DNA from: Candidatus Hodarchaeota archaeon
GTDB lineage: Archaea > Asgardarchaeota > Lokiarchaeia > Sigyniarchaeales > SOKP01
Direction: 5' to 3'
NCBI GenBank assembly: GCA_048886685.1
Contig: JBHLKM010000003.1
Coordinates: 64,001 to 128,000, forward strand
DNA length: 64,000 nucleotides
Shown: piece by piece, positions 37,785 through 48,305 of the stretch
How the letters are laid out: every line of letters begins with the position of its first letter
Numbering within the stretch: position 1 is the stretch's first letter
Made by a program: the position numbers and the translations under genes
Notes under the pieces: generated by a model
Seen by the model: only the letters and a program-made list of their open reading frames with translations
What the model was told of the DNA's origin: nothing
The model's database searches: none

Positions 37785-38555
37785 TCATGAAAATTTAGAA
37801 AAATCTGGTTTTCTTTTTTCAAAAAATGCTTTAAAAGCTTCTTGAGCTTCAGGAGATCTCTGTCTTCTTACAAATTCGGCTCCTTCTTCTGGCATTAGTT
37901 TTTCAAGAACTCCAGTGTAGTACTTTTTTATGTATGCTTTTGTTTGTCGTAAAGCCTCTGGAGGTTTTTCAGCTAAGTTTTCTGCTAAAAGAGTTACTTC
38001 TTTGATTAACTCACTTTCTGGAAAAATTTTATTTATGATTCCAATCTCATTAGCTTCTTCAGCGCTAAACCAATCTCCAAAGAAGAATAATTCATTAGCA
38101 CGTTGACGTCCTATTAATTCTGGTAGATTAAATGTACTCCCAAATTCAGGGATTAATCCCAAATTAACAAACGGAAATTGAAATCTGGTATCCTTTGCGG
38201 CATAGACTAAATCAAAGTGTAATAACATAGTAACTCCAACACCAATTGCATATCCATGAACAGCAGCTAATATAGGTTTCTTTGCTTCTAAAATCCATTG
38301 TGTCCAACTTCTTGATGGTCTAGAACCTGATGCCCAATTAAGATCCTGAAAATCTTTTAAATCATTCCCGGCACAAAAACATTTTCCATTACCATATAGT
38401 AAAATAACTTTAATATTTGGATCATTTTCAGCCTTCTCTATACCTTCAGCAATTCCAGCATACATAACTCTTGTAAGTGCATTCCTTTTCTCCGCTCTGT
38501 TAAAGATAATATGAAAAACTCCATTTTCAGATTTAAATATTATTTGATCACTCAT
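37785..38555 (-). CDS. Enoyl-CoA hydratase/isomerase (crotonase family)
   Basis: FNRAEKRNAL, FCAGNDL, AIGVGVT, LGLIPEFGS. Probable start MSDQII at 38555 (ORF track 38591). Confidence 0.92.
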   Translation of the reverse strand: MSDQIIFKSENGVFHIIFNRAEKRNALTRVMYAGIAEGIEKAENDPNIKVILLYGNGKCFCAGNDLKDFQDLNWASGSRPSRSWTQWILEAKKPILAAVHGYAIGVGVTMLLHFDLVYAAKDTRFQFPFVNLGLIPEFGSTFNLPELIGRQRANELFFFGDWFSAEEANEIGIINKIFPESELIKEVTLLAENLAEKPPEALRQTKAYIKKYYTGVLEKLMPEEGAEFVRRQRSPEAQEAFKAFFEKRKPDFSKFS

Positions 38556-38939
38556 TTTTTCACTTACGATCTGATATTTTCTTAATAACAATTAATATCT
38601 CATCATTTTAAAGAAGAAAGGTTTTAAAAAAATAAGTTAAAAAATTACGAAGAATGTTTATGCAAAGTTTATAATCCAAAACTATTTCACATTTTTTATT
38701 GCTTTTTCTTGATAAAAATAGAATACTATAGATGCTTTTAGAATAACAAATCCTAAAAACTTTTTGTGAGAAAAATAGTTGGGTTAAGGTTTAATCAAGT
38801 ATATTGGTTATTAAGAGTGTTTAACTTTCCATTTTAGACAACTAACTTAATGAAATTTGATTTAAATAATTATAAATAAATTAATTTTTATTTTTTAATA
38901 AAGAGATTCTAGTAATAATCAAAATATGTTTTTATATCT

Positions 38940-40364
38940 ATGAAGATCTGTCCTTATTGCAAACAACTTATTGCAGATGAACAATCATATTGCCCTAATT
39001 GTAATAAACCTTTAATTTCAAATCTGGGAAATCTCGTAAGTAATAATTTAACATCTGGATTTGACGAACCTGCAGTTTTTTCTTCAATTATGGAAGAAGA
39101 AGATGAATATTATGAAGATACAATCATAAATGATAGAGAAATAGAACTTGAAATAAAAAAATTAGATGAAGAGTTGGAGAGAAAAGAACTACTAGGAGAT
39201 CCAATTCCAGGGTCGCTATTATTAGAAAAATCGAGTTTGTATTATAAAAAGAGAGATTTACCTAATGCTATAAAAAGTCTTGAGTTAGCATTAAGAAATT
39301 TTGAAAAGGAAAATGATTTGTTTAATGTGGCAATATGTCATAATGAAATTGGTCTCATTCAAGAAGATATTGGATTTTTTGATCAAGCAATTTATCACTT
39401 TAATAGATCTCTTGAAATACTTAAGGATGTAAATGATAATCAAAAAATAATCAAAGTTTTAAACAATCTAGGAAATATATATTATTCGATTAAAGATTTA
39501 GAACAATCCTATAAATATTATCAAGAGGCCTTGGATTTATCTAAACGAGACAAGTTAAGCTATGACGAAATAAAAACAGCTAACAATTTAGTAGAAGTTC
39601 TTTACTTACTGAAAGAATATGAAAGGATTAAAAGAATTTTATCGAGAAATTCAGAATTTTTCAAGCATAATGAAGATGCCTATGGAATGATTCAAGTCCA
39701 TATAAAATATGGGAAATTATATTATTTTATTGGTGAAGATTACAATCAAGCATATGAGAGTTTAAATAGTGCATTACAATTAATTGAGAGAATAAGTGAA
39801 AAACTTTCTATTTATATGAGAGCAAAATTAGAATGGGAATGTTTCCTATATCTTGGAAAATTATACTTATTATGGGGTAATCTAGTTGATGCTGAAATAT
39901 ATTTTTTAAAAAGTCTTGAAGCGGTCCGTATTTTCGAAATTGGGGAAAATATTAATCAAGGAAATATATTGGAAAGTTTAGCTGAGCTATATGATATAAA
40001 AGGAGAAAAAGACAAAACAATAGAATATTATATTTTAGCTTGTGAAATTTACTATAAATATGGGGATAATACGAAATGCGCTCAGATTAAATATAAAATT
40101 GGGAAAATATATTTGGAGGATGAAAAGGATACATCTAATTCAATACAATTTTTTGAAGAAGCATTAGATTTGTATGAGGATCTACAATATATGAAAGAAG
40201 CCGCTGATGTTCTTCATAAGTTGGGAGATATCTATATTGATATTAGAATGCCTGATATAGCTAAAGAAAATTTTGAAAAAGCACGAAATTATTATAAGGA
40301 GCTTCAAGATGATTATAATTTTAATTTAATAGAGGAAAAAATCAGATCTTTATATAATGTCTAA
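38940..40364 (+). CDS. Zn-ribbon plus TPR protein
   Basis: N-terminal CPYC...CPNC, acidic linker, multiple TPRs. Confidence 0.88.
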   Translation: MKICPYCKQLIADEQSYCPNCNKPLISNLGNLVSNNLTSGFDEPAVFSSIMEEEDEYYEDTIINDREIELEIKKLDEELERKELLGDPIPGSLLLEKSSLYYKKRDLPNAIKSLELALRNFEKENDLFNVAICHNEIGLIQEDIGFFDQAIYHFNRSLEILKDVNDNQKIIKVLNNLGNIYYSIKDLEQSYKYYQEALDLSKRDKLSYDEIKTANNLVEVLYLLKEYERIKRILSRNSEFFKHNEDAYGMIQVHIKYGKLYYFIGEDYNQAYESLNSALQLIERISEKLSIYMRAKLEWECFLYLGKLYLLWGNLVDAEIYFLKSLEAVRIFEIGENINQGNILESLAELYDIKGEKDKTIEYYILACEIYYKYGDNTKCAQIKYKIGKIYLEDEKDTSNSIQFFEEALDLYEDLQYMKEAADVLHKLGDIYIDIRMPDIAKENFEKARNYYKELQDDYNFNLIEEKIRSLYNV

Positions 40365-41044
40365 TCATCCTCAATTTCAAAATCTTCTTTTTTGTAAACT
40401 CTTCTCTCATATTCCTCAAATCCAATTCCTTTAATAAAAGCATATGATACTATATTATCTTTATACACTTCACATCTAAGTTCTTTTACATGAGGGTAGT
40501 GTTCTTTTAAATAGTTCCATGCCGCCATTCCCAGTATAGTTCCAACGCCCCTCCTTTGAAATCTAGGAATGACTGCTAAGGCTGCAATTACAGCATATTC
40601 ATTATTCTCACCCTCAAAATCTAATAATACAAATGCGGCATCAATACCATAAATTTTTCCAATGAGGAATACAGTGTCTGGATGTTTGAGAATTGTTAAT
40701 AAATCAGTTTTAGTAATTGGTCTAAAAGGAGTATTACTCGTTAACCAAGCTCGATTATATATATTTTTGAGAGTATCAAGATCTTCTTTTATTGCCTCTC
40801 TGATTTTCGCTTGGATGATATTATGTTCAATTTTTTCTAATAATTGATCTTCAAATCCTTTAGTTATTTTTTCTACAGGAAGTCTCATCTGAATGTATAC
40901 CATACCATCTAGGTAAAGTTCTTCTGTAGATCTGTCTACTACTTCTTTTCGCTTCCTCTTAGTTTCTATAGAAAGAAATAGTGCTCTCATTCTTCTCTTT
41001 TTAAGATCGACTCTTTCTTTACGTTCTAATTTAGATCTTGGCAT
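40361..41044 (-). CDS. GNAT-family acetyltransferase
   Basis: LAVIPRFQRRGVG; N.VSYAFIKGIGF. Confidence 0.85.
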   Translation of the reverse strand: MPRSKLERKERVDLKKRRMRALFLSIETKRKRKEVVDRSTEELYLDGMVYIQMRLPVEKITKGFEDQLLEKIEHNIIQAKIREAIKEDLDTLKNIYNRAWLTSNTPFRPITKTDLLTILKHPDTVFLIGKIYGIDAAFVLLDFEGENNEYAVIAALAVIPRFQRRGVGTILGMAAWNYLKEHYPHVKELRCEVYKDNIVSYAFIKGIGFEEYERRVYKKEDFEIEDD

Positions 41045-41065
41045 AATAAAATAGACATATTAAAA

Positions 41066-42700
41066 TTAGGGTAATAAATTAAGATTTTCCCGAATAATTC
41101 CTTCAATATTTTCATTAATTAGAACTTTTTCTTTTAATTTTGAAACACCAAGCTGAATCTTTTTCTTTAAATTCACATCTTTGATCAAGTTTTTTCTTTC
41201 GGATGAAAATTCAAAGTTTGATCTTACTGCCATATCATCTTCAATTCTCTCAATTAGAAGATTTTGTAATTTCATTAAAGGATCGGAGATATATTCATAA
41301 ATATTATTTGGATCATTTGTAATATATCCTGGAAATAAAATATTCATACGTTCTTCCATATTCTCTTCATTTTCGATAAATATGACGTAAACGGGCATAT
41401 AAATCCATTGTATGGGTCTTGAAAACAATTCTGATTGATTGTCACTTAATGACGTTCTGACTAGTTCTTGAGCTTCTTGTATGCATTTATTTTGCTTTAA
41501 CTCTATGATTTCTTTAATGTTATTAAACATAGTCGTTATCTTTTCTTCCAGACTTTTTAAGCTCGTAATTTTTTCTTCTTTTTCACTTTCAAATTCTGAG
41601 AGTAATTTGTCTCTATCTTTTAATTTTAAATTCTGTGATTCCCTAAACGTATCTAATTTTATTTTAGCTTCTTCATCTATTTTAAGTGCTCTTTCCTTTA
41701 ATTCGACATATCTTTGGTTAAGTCCTTCAAGAGATTCTAAAAATTTCTTACCTTCTTCTTTCAAATAATTAAAGTGATTCTCAAAATGGGGCAAAATATC
41801 TTCATAAACCCTAGTTTTTAAGGAATCATCACTGGTAAAAAATTTATTTTTCTTAATCATTTCTTCAAGATTTCTCTCAGATGTTTTAAACAATGTTGAG
41901 ATACCCTCAATTATTTTTTTTTTCTCCTCTACAATCCATTGGTCGATTTTATCTTGTTCTAATTTCACTTGGTGGTCTATCTGGGTTGGATCTATTGTTG
42001 ATGATGCTTTATTCATCTGACTAGAATATCTCATATCAAGGTCTTTAATTTGTACGTTTAGATCAATAAGCCATTTCTCTACTTCTTTTTCTATCAACTC
42101 TATTTGAGTTTTCCATCTATAAGCATTCCCCTTCATTATATCTATTATGTTACGATAATTTTCGGATATATTTAAGGCGTTATCAGTGGTAATACTATGA
42201 TCTAATACAGTATAATCAATTATTGGTTTGTATTCTATTAATGGAATTATCGTGATCAATGTTTGGAGAAACTCAGGATTTATCAAACCATTTATTTCAA
42301 GTGTTTGATATTCAGATTCTTCACCTTCCCCTATTTCTTCTGCTTCTGTGTCTTTATAAGTCAAAATCTCTATTAGTTTATTCAATTCATCTATTTTTGT
42401 TCGATTTTCAATGTTTCTTAGAATATGACCGACCAGTGGTTGACGTGGGGGATTTGAAAATCTATCTCTTTTAGTAAAGATGCCTAATCCATCTATCATT
42501 ATGTGAGTGCCAATAGTTCCTTGTATACTTAAAAAAGGCCAAAGTAGTCTCGAAAATGAAAGAATTCTTTCATTTTTACTTAAATCTCTCGTTAAAAGAT
42601 AAAAAGCGAGGGATAATTCATCATTTCCTTGAATAACAGGTCCTCTTGTAATTTTATCAATAAAAAAAGGCAATAGATATTGGTTACCATGTACAGACAA
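41066..42700 (-). CDS. Hypothetical coiled-coil protein
   Basis: 544-aa ORF with a central heptad region. TTG start 7 nt after GGTG. Confidence 0.8.
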   Translation of the reverse strand: MSVHGNQYLLPFFIDKITRGPVIQGNDELSLAFYLLTRDLSKNERILSFSRLLWPFLSIQGTIGTHIMIDGLGIFTKRDRFSNPPRQPLVGHILRNIENRTKIDELNKLIEILTYKDTEAEEIGEGEESEYQTLEINGLINPEFLQTLITIIPLIEYKPIIDYTVLDHSITTDNALNISENYRNIIDIMKGNAYRWKTQIELIEKEVEKWLIDLNVQIKDLDMRYSSQMNKASSTIDPTQIDHQVKLEQDKIDQWIVEEKKKIIEGISTLFKTSERNLEEMIKKNKFFTSDDSLKTRVYEDILPHFENHFNYLKEEGKKFLESLEGLNQRYVELKERALKIDEEAKIKLDTFRESQNLKLKDRDKLLSEFESEKEEKITSLKSLEEKITTMFNNIKEIIELKQNKCIQEAQELVRTSLSDNQSELFSRPIQWIYMPVYVIFIENEENMEERMNILFPGYITNDPNNIYEYISDPLMKLQNLLIERIEDDMAVRSNFEFSSERKNLIKDVNLKKKIQLGVSKLKEKVLINENIEGIIRENLNLLP

Positions 42701-42886
42701 GGATTTTCACCTACTTTTTAATTTCTTTATATTAAAATAATTCTGAATATATTAAATTTAAAGCGATTCAGTTTTAAAATTTTAATCTTTTTGAAAAAGA
42801 TAGTAAAAAACTTAGAGTCTAAATATTACAATAATTAATTATGAAATGAATTATGAAATGAAATTTAGAGTTTAAAAGGCACAAAA

Positions 42887-43759
42887 TCATTTGAGCTGTT
42901 CATAGTTATTAGCTATTACCATTATAAGGAGTGCTAATAATATTATCAATGGTGGTACTATTGCTCTTACATGAGGTAAATCAGCTACGTCAAGTGCCCC
43001 TTGTAATATTCTTCCTCCAATAAAATATAAGAGGAACCCAATAGCGTTTAAGGCATATGATTTTCTTAATACTCCAAAAGTTTTCCAGGCAAGATATAGA
43101 AATATAAATGGGATTAACGCCAGGAACAATGGCATAAAAATGAAATTAAATAAAAATCTCCCAATAGGATATTCCCAAGATCCTATTTTTATTAATTTTA
43201 TATCACCTGATATACTATATTGACTTGGAAAATCTGGATCCATGAAAAGCCATTCTGATAGAGTTAAAGAGAGAAAACCTATTATGACAGGAACAACAAT
43301 TAAACCAAGACGAATCAGTAATTTGATGTTATTTTTATTATTGAACCAATCTCTAATTGATTTACCCTTCTCTTCCTCTTTTTCTGCCCCTGCCTCCGGA
43401 GGAAACAGTAAAATTCCCAATACTCCTACAGCACAAGCAGTTCCCAACCAAGTAAAAAATGTAGCAAAACGGTAATTAAACATTAAAAAATCTACAACTT
43501 CTGCGCCATTTCCAGGGGGTGGAGAAGATTCATAAAGTTCTGGAGCGTAAAAATAATATATTATAAAAAATACCCGTGCAATACCAAAACATAGAAAAAA
43601 TAAGCTAAAAAATAACCAATATAATTTCTTAGAAGTTCGAAATCTTATAAATAGGAAGTAGAAAAACAATAAAAAGAAATAGCCTACAATGACATAGTAA
43701 AGACCCATTTCAATAGCATCCCAAAACCCAAAATATTGATAAATATCTTGAAACAACAT
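42887..43759 (-). CDS. Multi-pass (about 7 TM) membrane protein of unknown function
   Basis: Seven hydrophobic stretches by inspection. Confidence 0.8.
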   Translation of the reverse strand: MLFQDIYQYFGFWDAIEMGLYYVIVGYFFLLFFYFLFIRFRTSKKLYWLFFSLFFLCFGIARVFFIIYYFYAPELYESSPPPGNGAEVVDFLMFNYRFATFFTWLGTACAVGVLGILLFPPEAGAEKEEEKGKSIRDWFNNKNNIKLLIRLGLIVVPVIIGFLSLTLSEWLFMDPDFPSQYSISGDIKLIKIGSWEYPIGRFLFNFIFMPLFLALIPFIFLYLAWKTFGVLRKSYALNAIGFLLYFIGGRILQGALDVADLPHVRAIVPPLIILLALLIMVIANNYEQLK

Positions 43760-43878
43760 AATAAGTTAATTTTTTTTATTACTTTGAATAATATTATTAT
43801 CTTTTAGTTGTATAAAAATTTATTTCAATTTGAGTAATTCTTAAAATACAAATATTATCAATTACTTTAAAAATCTAT

Positions 43879-45372
43879 ATGAAAATCGAGAATAACATTG
43901 AAACGTTTAACTCATTAATAAAACGTCGCGGGTTCATTTGGGGCCCATCACCAGAAATTTATGGTGGTTTTGCTGGTTTTTACTCCTATGGTCCGGCAGG
44001 GATGGCTCTTAAAAACAATATATTAGAACTTTTTAGACGAGAATGTCGTTTTTTTGGTTTTGGGGAAGTTGAGTGCCCAACAATAATGCCAAGTATCGTT
44101 TGGGAAGCTTCAGGGCACTTAGAAAGATTTATTGACCCAGTGATGAGATGTAATAAATGTAACACATTATATAGAGCAGATAAATTACTTCAAGAAAATC
44201 TTCCTGATCTTATGATTGATGGCTTATCATTTGATGAAATGGAGAATTTAGTTAAGAAACATGAATTATCTTGCCCTAAATGTGGATATAAATTTCAAAA
44301 AATCGAAGAATATAATTTAATGCTAAAAACTTCTGTAGGAAACAATGTCACAGCTTATTTACGCCCTGAAACGGCAACTACAACATATCTACTTTTCAAT
44401 CGTTTAAACCAAGATGCACGTAGACAATATCCTATTAAAATATATCAATTTGGTAAAGCATATAGGAATGAAATCTCACCTAGACAAGGAGTTCTACGAA
44501 TGAGGTCTTTTGATCAATTTGAACTTCAAATATTTATCAGTCGAGAACAAGAAATGGATTACGAGGATTATGAAGATGTAAAACTGAACAAATTACCACT
44601 TTTAGATTGGAAATTACAAGAAAAAGGTATTAGTAAACCTAATATAATTTCACTTGATAAAGCTATAAAAGATAAAACTCTTAAAAAACCAGCTTATGCT
44701 TATTGCCTTTATGTGGCATACTATTTAACAAAAATTCTAGGTATCCCAGAAGAATTAATCAGATTTAGACAACATTCAATAAATGAACGGGCTCATTACG
44801 CTGACGATGCGTGGGATTTAGAAATTAAAACAAGACAATTTGATTGGGTAGAAATATGCGGAATTCATGATAGAACTGATTATGATCTGAAAAGGCACGC
44901 TGAATATTCAAAACAAAACTTTGAGATTAATATGGGAACTGACCCAAGTATTAAGGAAATTCCACAAGTTCTTGAAATTGCCTTTGGAATTGATAGAATT
45001 ATTTACACACTACTCGAAACTACCTTTAATATTGATGAAGGAAGAATTATACTCAAACTTAAACCAACTTTAGCACCAAATACAGTAGCAGTATTTCCTC
45101 TCGTTAGAAATAAAGAAAATATTAGAAAACTCGCATTAAAGATTCACAGAGACTTGTTGGAAAATCGTATAAGCTCTTTTTATGATGCAGCCGGTTCTAT
45201 AGGGAAGAGATATCGAAGGCAAGACGAGCTAGGTACTAAATGGTGTATAACTATAGATTATGAATCATTAGATGACAATTCTATTACACTTAGAGACCGT
45301 GATTCAATGGAACAAATACGAATTAATATTTCAAATCTTTCTGAAACTATAAAAAAGAAACAACAAGAGTAA
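43879..45372 (+). CDS. glyS: Glycine--tRNA ligase (archaeal/eukaryotic homodimeric type)
   Basis: KRRGF, YLRPETA, GKAYRNEISPRQG.LR, ERAHYA, GSIGKRYRRQDE.G. Confidence 0.96.
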   Translation: MKIENNIETFNSLIKRRGFIWGPSPEIYGGFAGFYSYGPAGMALKNNILELFRRECRFFGFGEVECPTIMPSIVWEASGHLERFIDPVMRCNKCNTLYRADKLLQENLPDLMIDGLSFDEMENLVKKHELSCPKCGYKFQKIEEYNLMLKTSVGNNVTAYLRPETATTTYLLFNRLNQDARRQYPIKIYQFGKAYRNEISPRQGVLRMRSFDQFELQIFISREQEMDYEDYEDVKLNKLPLLDWKLQEKGISKPNIISLDKAIKDKTLKKPAYAYCLYVAYYLTKILGIPEELIRFRQHSINERAHYADDAWDLEIKTRQFDWVEICGIHDRTDYDLKRHAEYSKQNFEINMGTDPSIKEIPQVLEIAFGIDRIIYTLLETTFNIDEGRIILKLKPTLAPNTVAVFPLVRNKENIRKLALKIHRDLLENRISSFYDAAGSIGKRYRRQDELGTKWCITIDYESLDDNSITLRDRDSMEQIRINISNLSETIKKKQQE

Positions 45373-45503
45373 TTTCTTACATTTTTGCTTAATATTTTGA
45401 TCTTTTTGATTCTTTCAGAAAAAATTTTAAAGAGAAGCATTTTTTAAAAATATAAATTGAAAATTATACCATTATTACAAATATCAATCTTATTCAATCT
45501 GAT

Positions 45504-48299
45504 ATGAGTTTTTTTAAATTCTATACTATAGGAAAGAAACATAGGCAAAAAAAACAATATATTAAAATATTAATCTGTATTTTCTTTGCTTTACTCTTTA
45601 CATTAAACTTTTTCGATCATTTATCTTTAAACCAAGTAAATGGTCCTATTAAAGATTTTAATAGCGAGAATAAAGATCTTTTCAATTTTGATAAATCTGA
45701 TTTAGATATCACTACAGATCTTTCTATGCTTGAAAATCCTTTTACTGAAAATTTTGATTTACTACGAATTTTTTTTGACACTAAGTATAAATCCAGTTTA
45801 GATCTTGATATCTTTCTATATTATAGAGAGGGAGATACAAATGGAATAATCACAGATGACACGATTTATTCAGAGGATAATCTGCTAATGTACAATTCAT
45901 TAATGAAAACGGAATTAGACTCAACTGAAATTTTTAATACTTATTTAAAGTTGAAATCAACTCCTTTATGGTATGAGGATGATAATGGGCAATTCAATTA
46001 CGGTTTTGTAAGGTCAGTTGATAACTCTACTGGTGAAGTGAAGGATGATAATAGATATTTAATTGATAACGTGTTACCAATTTTTTTACTGATTGAAACT
46101 ATTGGCGAAGACATCGATGATATTTCAATAAATGGCGAATTTCCTAAAGATTCAATTGAAGAAATGTTTTCTCTTATAAATTCTACTAATTTTTGGGATG
46201 AAACTTATGATGGATTTTTTAATTCTAATTCCACATCAAATAAATACTCTGAAAGCAACTTTTATAGTATTTTGGCAAATCTACTAATCCATCGGACATA
46301 TCATCAACAAAATATAGGTAATAATATAAAAGATAGAGCATATGAATTAGCAGATAAGACAATGGATGCTATTATAAATAATATGTGGGATTCAACTGGT
46401 AAAGCTTTTTATTATAATGCAGATATAGATTGGGACACTTCAACTGCAGGACAAAAATATTATCACTTAGATGTGAATGCTTTAGGAATCATAGCTTTAT
46501 TAGAATATTGGGTTGGATCTGGAATGGAAAGTGATTCACCCTTTTTTATAAAAGCAGTAAACCTTTACAATAGCTTAGATAGTAACTTATGGAATTCAAT
46601 TGATAAACTCTATCACAAAGTTGCTCAACCTAATTGGAATATTATCAATTTTGATTATGACCTTGCTGCGAATGCTCTAATGCTAGAAGCGTGTATACGC
46701 TTATTCCAGCTTACAGGAAATATAACCTATTACGATAGAGCTATTGAAATTTTCAATTCATTTGAAAATAATTTATTTGATAGCACAAATAATGCATATA
46801 ATTATGCTTTAGCAGATACTAGCAAGAATTTTAACTCCAACTTAAAGTTATTTGATGCTTATCTGAGAGCATCTAACACTTTTAGTAGTACAATATTAGA
46901 TGCAAACTATAATCTGACTGCTACAGTCCCTAATTTTGTTTTTAATCAAGATATTATGAATTTAACATCATATTTTGCATTTGAGAATATAGAATACTAT
47001 TACAACCTTTCAATTGATTCCTATGTTCCTTTTACTACAAAACATAATATTACTGATGCCGATATAAATTATATCTTTAAATATCCAAATGGGACATTTT
47101 TAGACCAATTTAATCATCAAATTATTAGTCCAGATGAGTCTCATACTCTCATATACGATATCGAAGAAACCCTTCCGATAGGAGAAGGTTATTATATTTA
47201 TATTTGGGCGAATAAAACATATTTTAATCTGGCTGACACTATTAAACGCTTCAATGTCAATTCTGGGCTAATAAATGAAACAATTGAGGGCCTAGTTAGT
47301 TTTCTCTATCAAGGACCACTCTTAAATATAACACTTCCCATTAATTATACTAGAAAAGACAATTTAACACTAACCGCGTCTTTGGAGGGTAATGATATAA
47401 TTAATTTTACGGCACAAGAAATTAATTTTACCGCAAGTACTGAATTGGATGAACTCACTTATATTGAATTTAATCTTACTGCTAGACTTGGAGCTATTCC
47501 TGGTCCTAGTGTAATTGTATTTAAAATAACTCAAGGAAATATATTATATCTTGAAATAAAAAAAATAATAGAAATTGGGTATTCATTTGATTATGAAAAT
47601 CTATTATATCAAAGTAGGGTTGTTAGTGGTGAAAATATTGAAATTTTTATGAACTTGATCAATTACTTACCAAATGCTACACAATTATTGAATGTGAGTT
47701 TTACAGGAAAAACAAAAAATTCAATTGAACCTTATATTCAAGAAGAAACTTTAGATGAAAAAGAGATAAGAACAGTTTCTTACAATCTAAAAACTCTTGA
47801 AAATATTGAAAATGATATTATTAGAATCGAAATGGCTATAAAACAAAATACAACAACATATTACACTGAAGAATTGACTATAGAAATTATACCTAGATTT
47901 GAAATTATAAGTGTCTCATTCCCAAAAACAGTCACTCAAGGAGCAGCAGCTTACTTTATAGCTGTATTAAAAAATAACTTAGATCATCCAGAAGGAATTT
48001 CTTTATTTTTTAATGGAGAATTAGTGCAATCTAACATTGAAGAACTTATCCCTGGTGAGAACAGGATTGAAAAAAAAATCATCCCTGCTACAAATCCATA
48101 TGAGTTTGGAACTAAGACTTATAGGGTAATCCTAAAAGATAGTGAAAATAATGAAATTGCAAGATTCTTTTTTGAAATTACATTAGAACTCTCAACATTT
48201 AATTTAATAATTTTCTATGTCGTCCCTGTTATCATTCCGATTGGTATTATTTTATACTTTTTACATAAACAGTTAAAATATAAAAAATTGAGAAGATGA
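45504..48299 (+). CDS. Membrane-anchored surface protein: six-hairpin-glycosidase-like domain plus Ig-like domains
   Basis: N-terminal hydrophobic segment, repeated WD...GF/AF helical-hairpin units, beta-rich C-half with many NxS/T sequons, C-terminal TM and basic tail. Confidence 0.7.
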   Translation: MSFFKFYTIGKKHRQKKQYIKILICIFFALLFTLNFFDHLSLNQVNGPIKDFNSENKDLFNFDKSDLDITTDLSMLENPFTENFDLLRIFFDTKYKSSLDLDIFLYYREGDTNGIITDDTIYSEDNLLMYNSLMKTELDSTEIFNTYLKLKSTPLWYEDDNGQFNYGFVRSVDNSTGEVKDDNRYLIDNVLPIFLLIETIGEDIDDISINGEFPKDSIEEMFSLINSTNFWDETYDGFFNSNSTSNKYSESNFYSILANLLIHRTYHQQNIGNNIKDRAYELADKTMDAIINNMWDSTGKAFYYNADIDWDTSTAGQKYYHLDVNALGIIALLEYWVGSGMESDSPFFIKAVNLYNSLDSNLWNSIDKLYHKVAQPNWNIINFDYDLAANALMLEACIRLFQLTGNITYYDRAIEIFNSFENNLFDSTNNAYNYALADTSKNFNSNLKLFDAYLRASNTFSSTILDANYNLTATVPNFVFNQDIMNLTSYFAFENIEYYYNLSIDSYVPFTTKHNITDADINYIFKYPNGTFLDQFNHQIISPDESHTLIYDIEETLPIGEGYYIYIWANKTYFNLADTIKRFNVNSGLINETIEGLVSFLYQGPLLNITLPINYTRKDNLTLTASLEGNDIINFTAQEINFTASTELDELTYIEFNLTARLGAIPGPSVIVFKITQGNILYLEIKKIIEIGYSFDYENLLYQSRVVSGENIEIFMNLINYLPNATQLLNVSFTGKTKNSIEPYIQEETLDEKEIRTVSYNLKTLENIENDIIRIEMAIKQNTTTYYTEELTIEIIPRFEIISVSFPKTVTQGAAAYFIAVLKNNLDHPEGISLFFNGELVQSNIEELIPGENRIEKKIIPATNPYEFGTKTYRVILKDSENNEIARFFFEITLELSTFNLIIFYVVPVIIPIGIILYFLHKQLKYKKLRR

Positions 48300-48305
48300 A
48301 AACTA

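Noticed and set aside
38676-38783. Imperfect inverted repeat (AACTATTT..CACA / TGTG..AAATAGTT) as a MITE
   Set aside because: Short, gapped and AT-rich, with no target-site duplication or second copy visible.
42837-42862. AATTATGAAATG tandem duplication
   Set aside because: Only two copies of a 12-mer in an AT-rich spacer; not an array.
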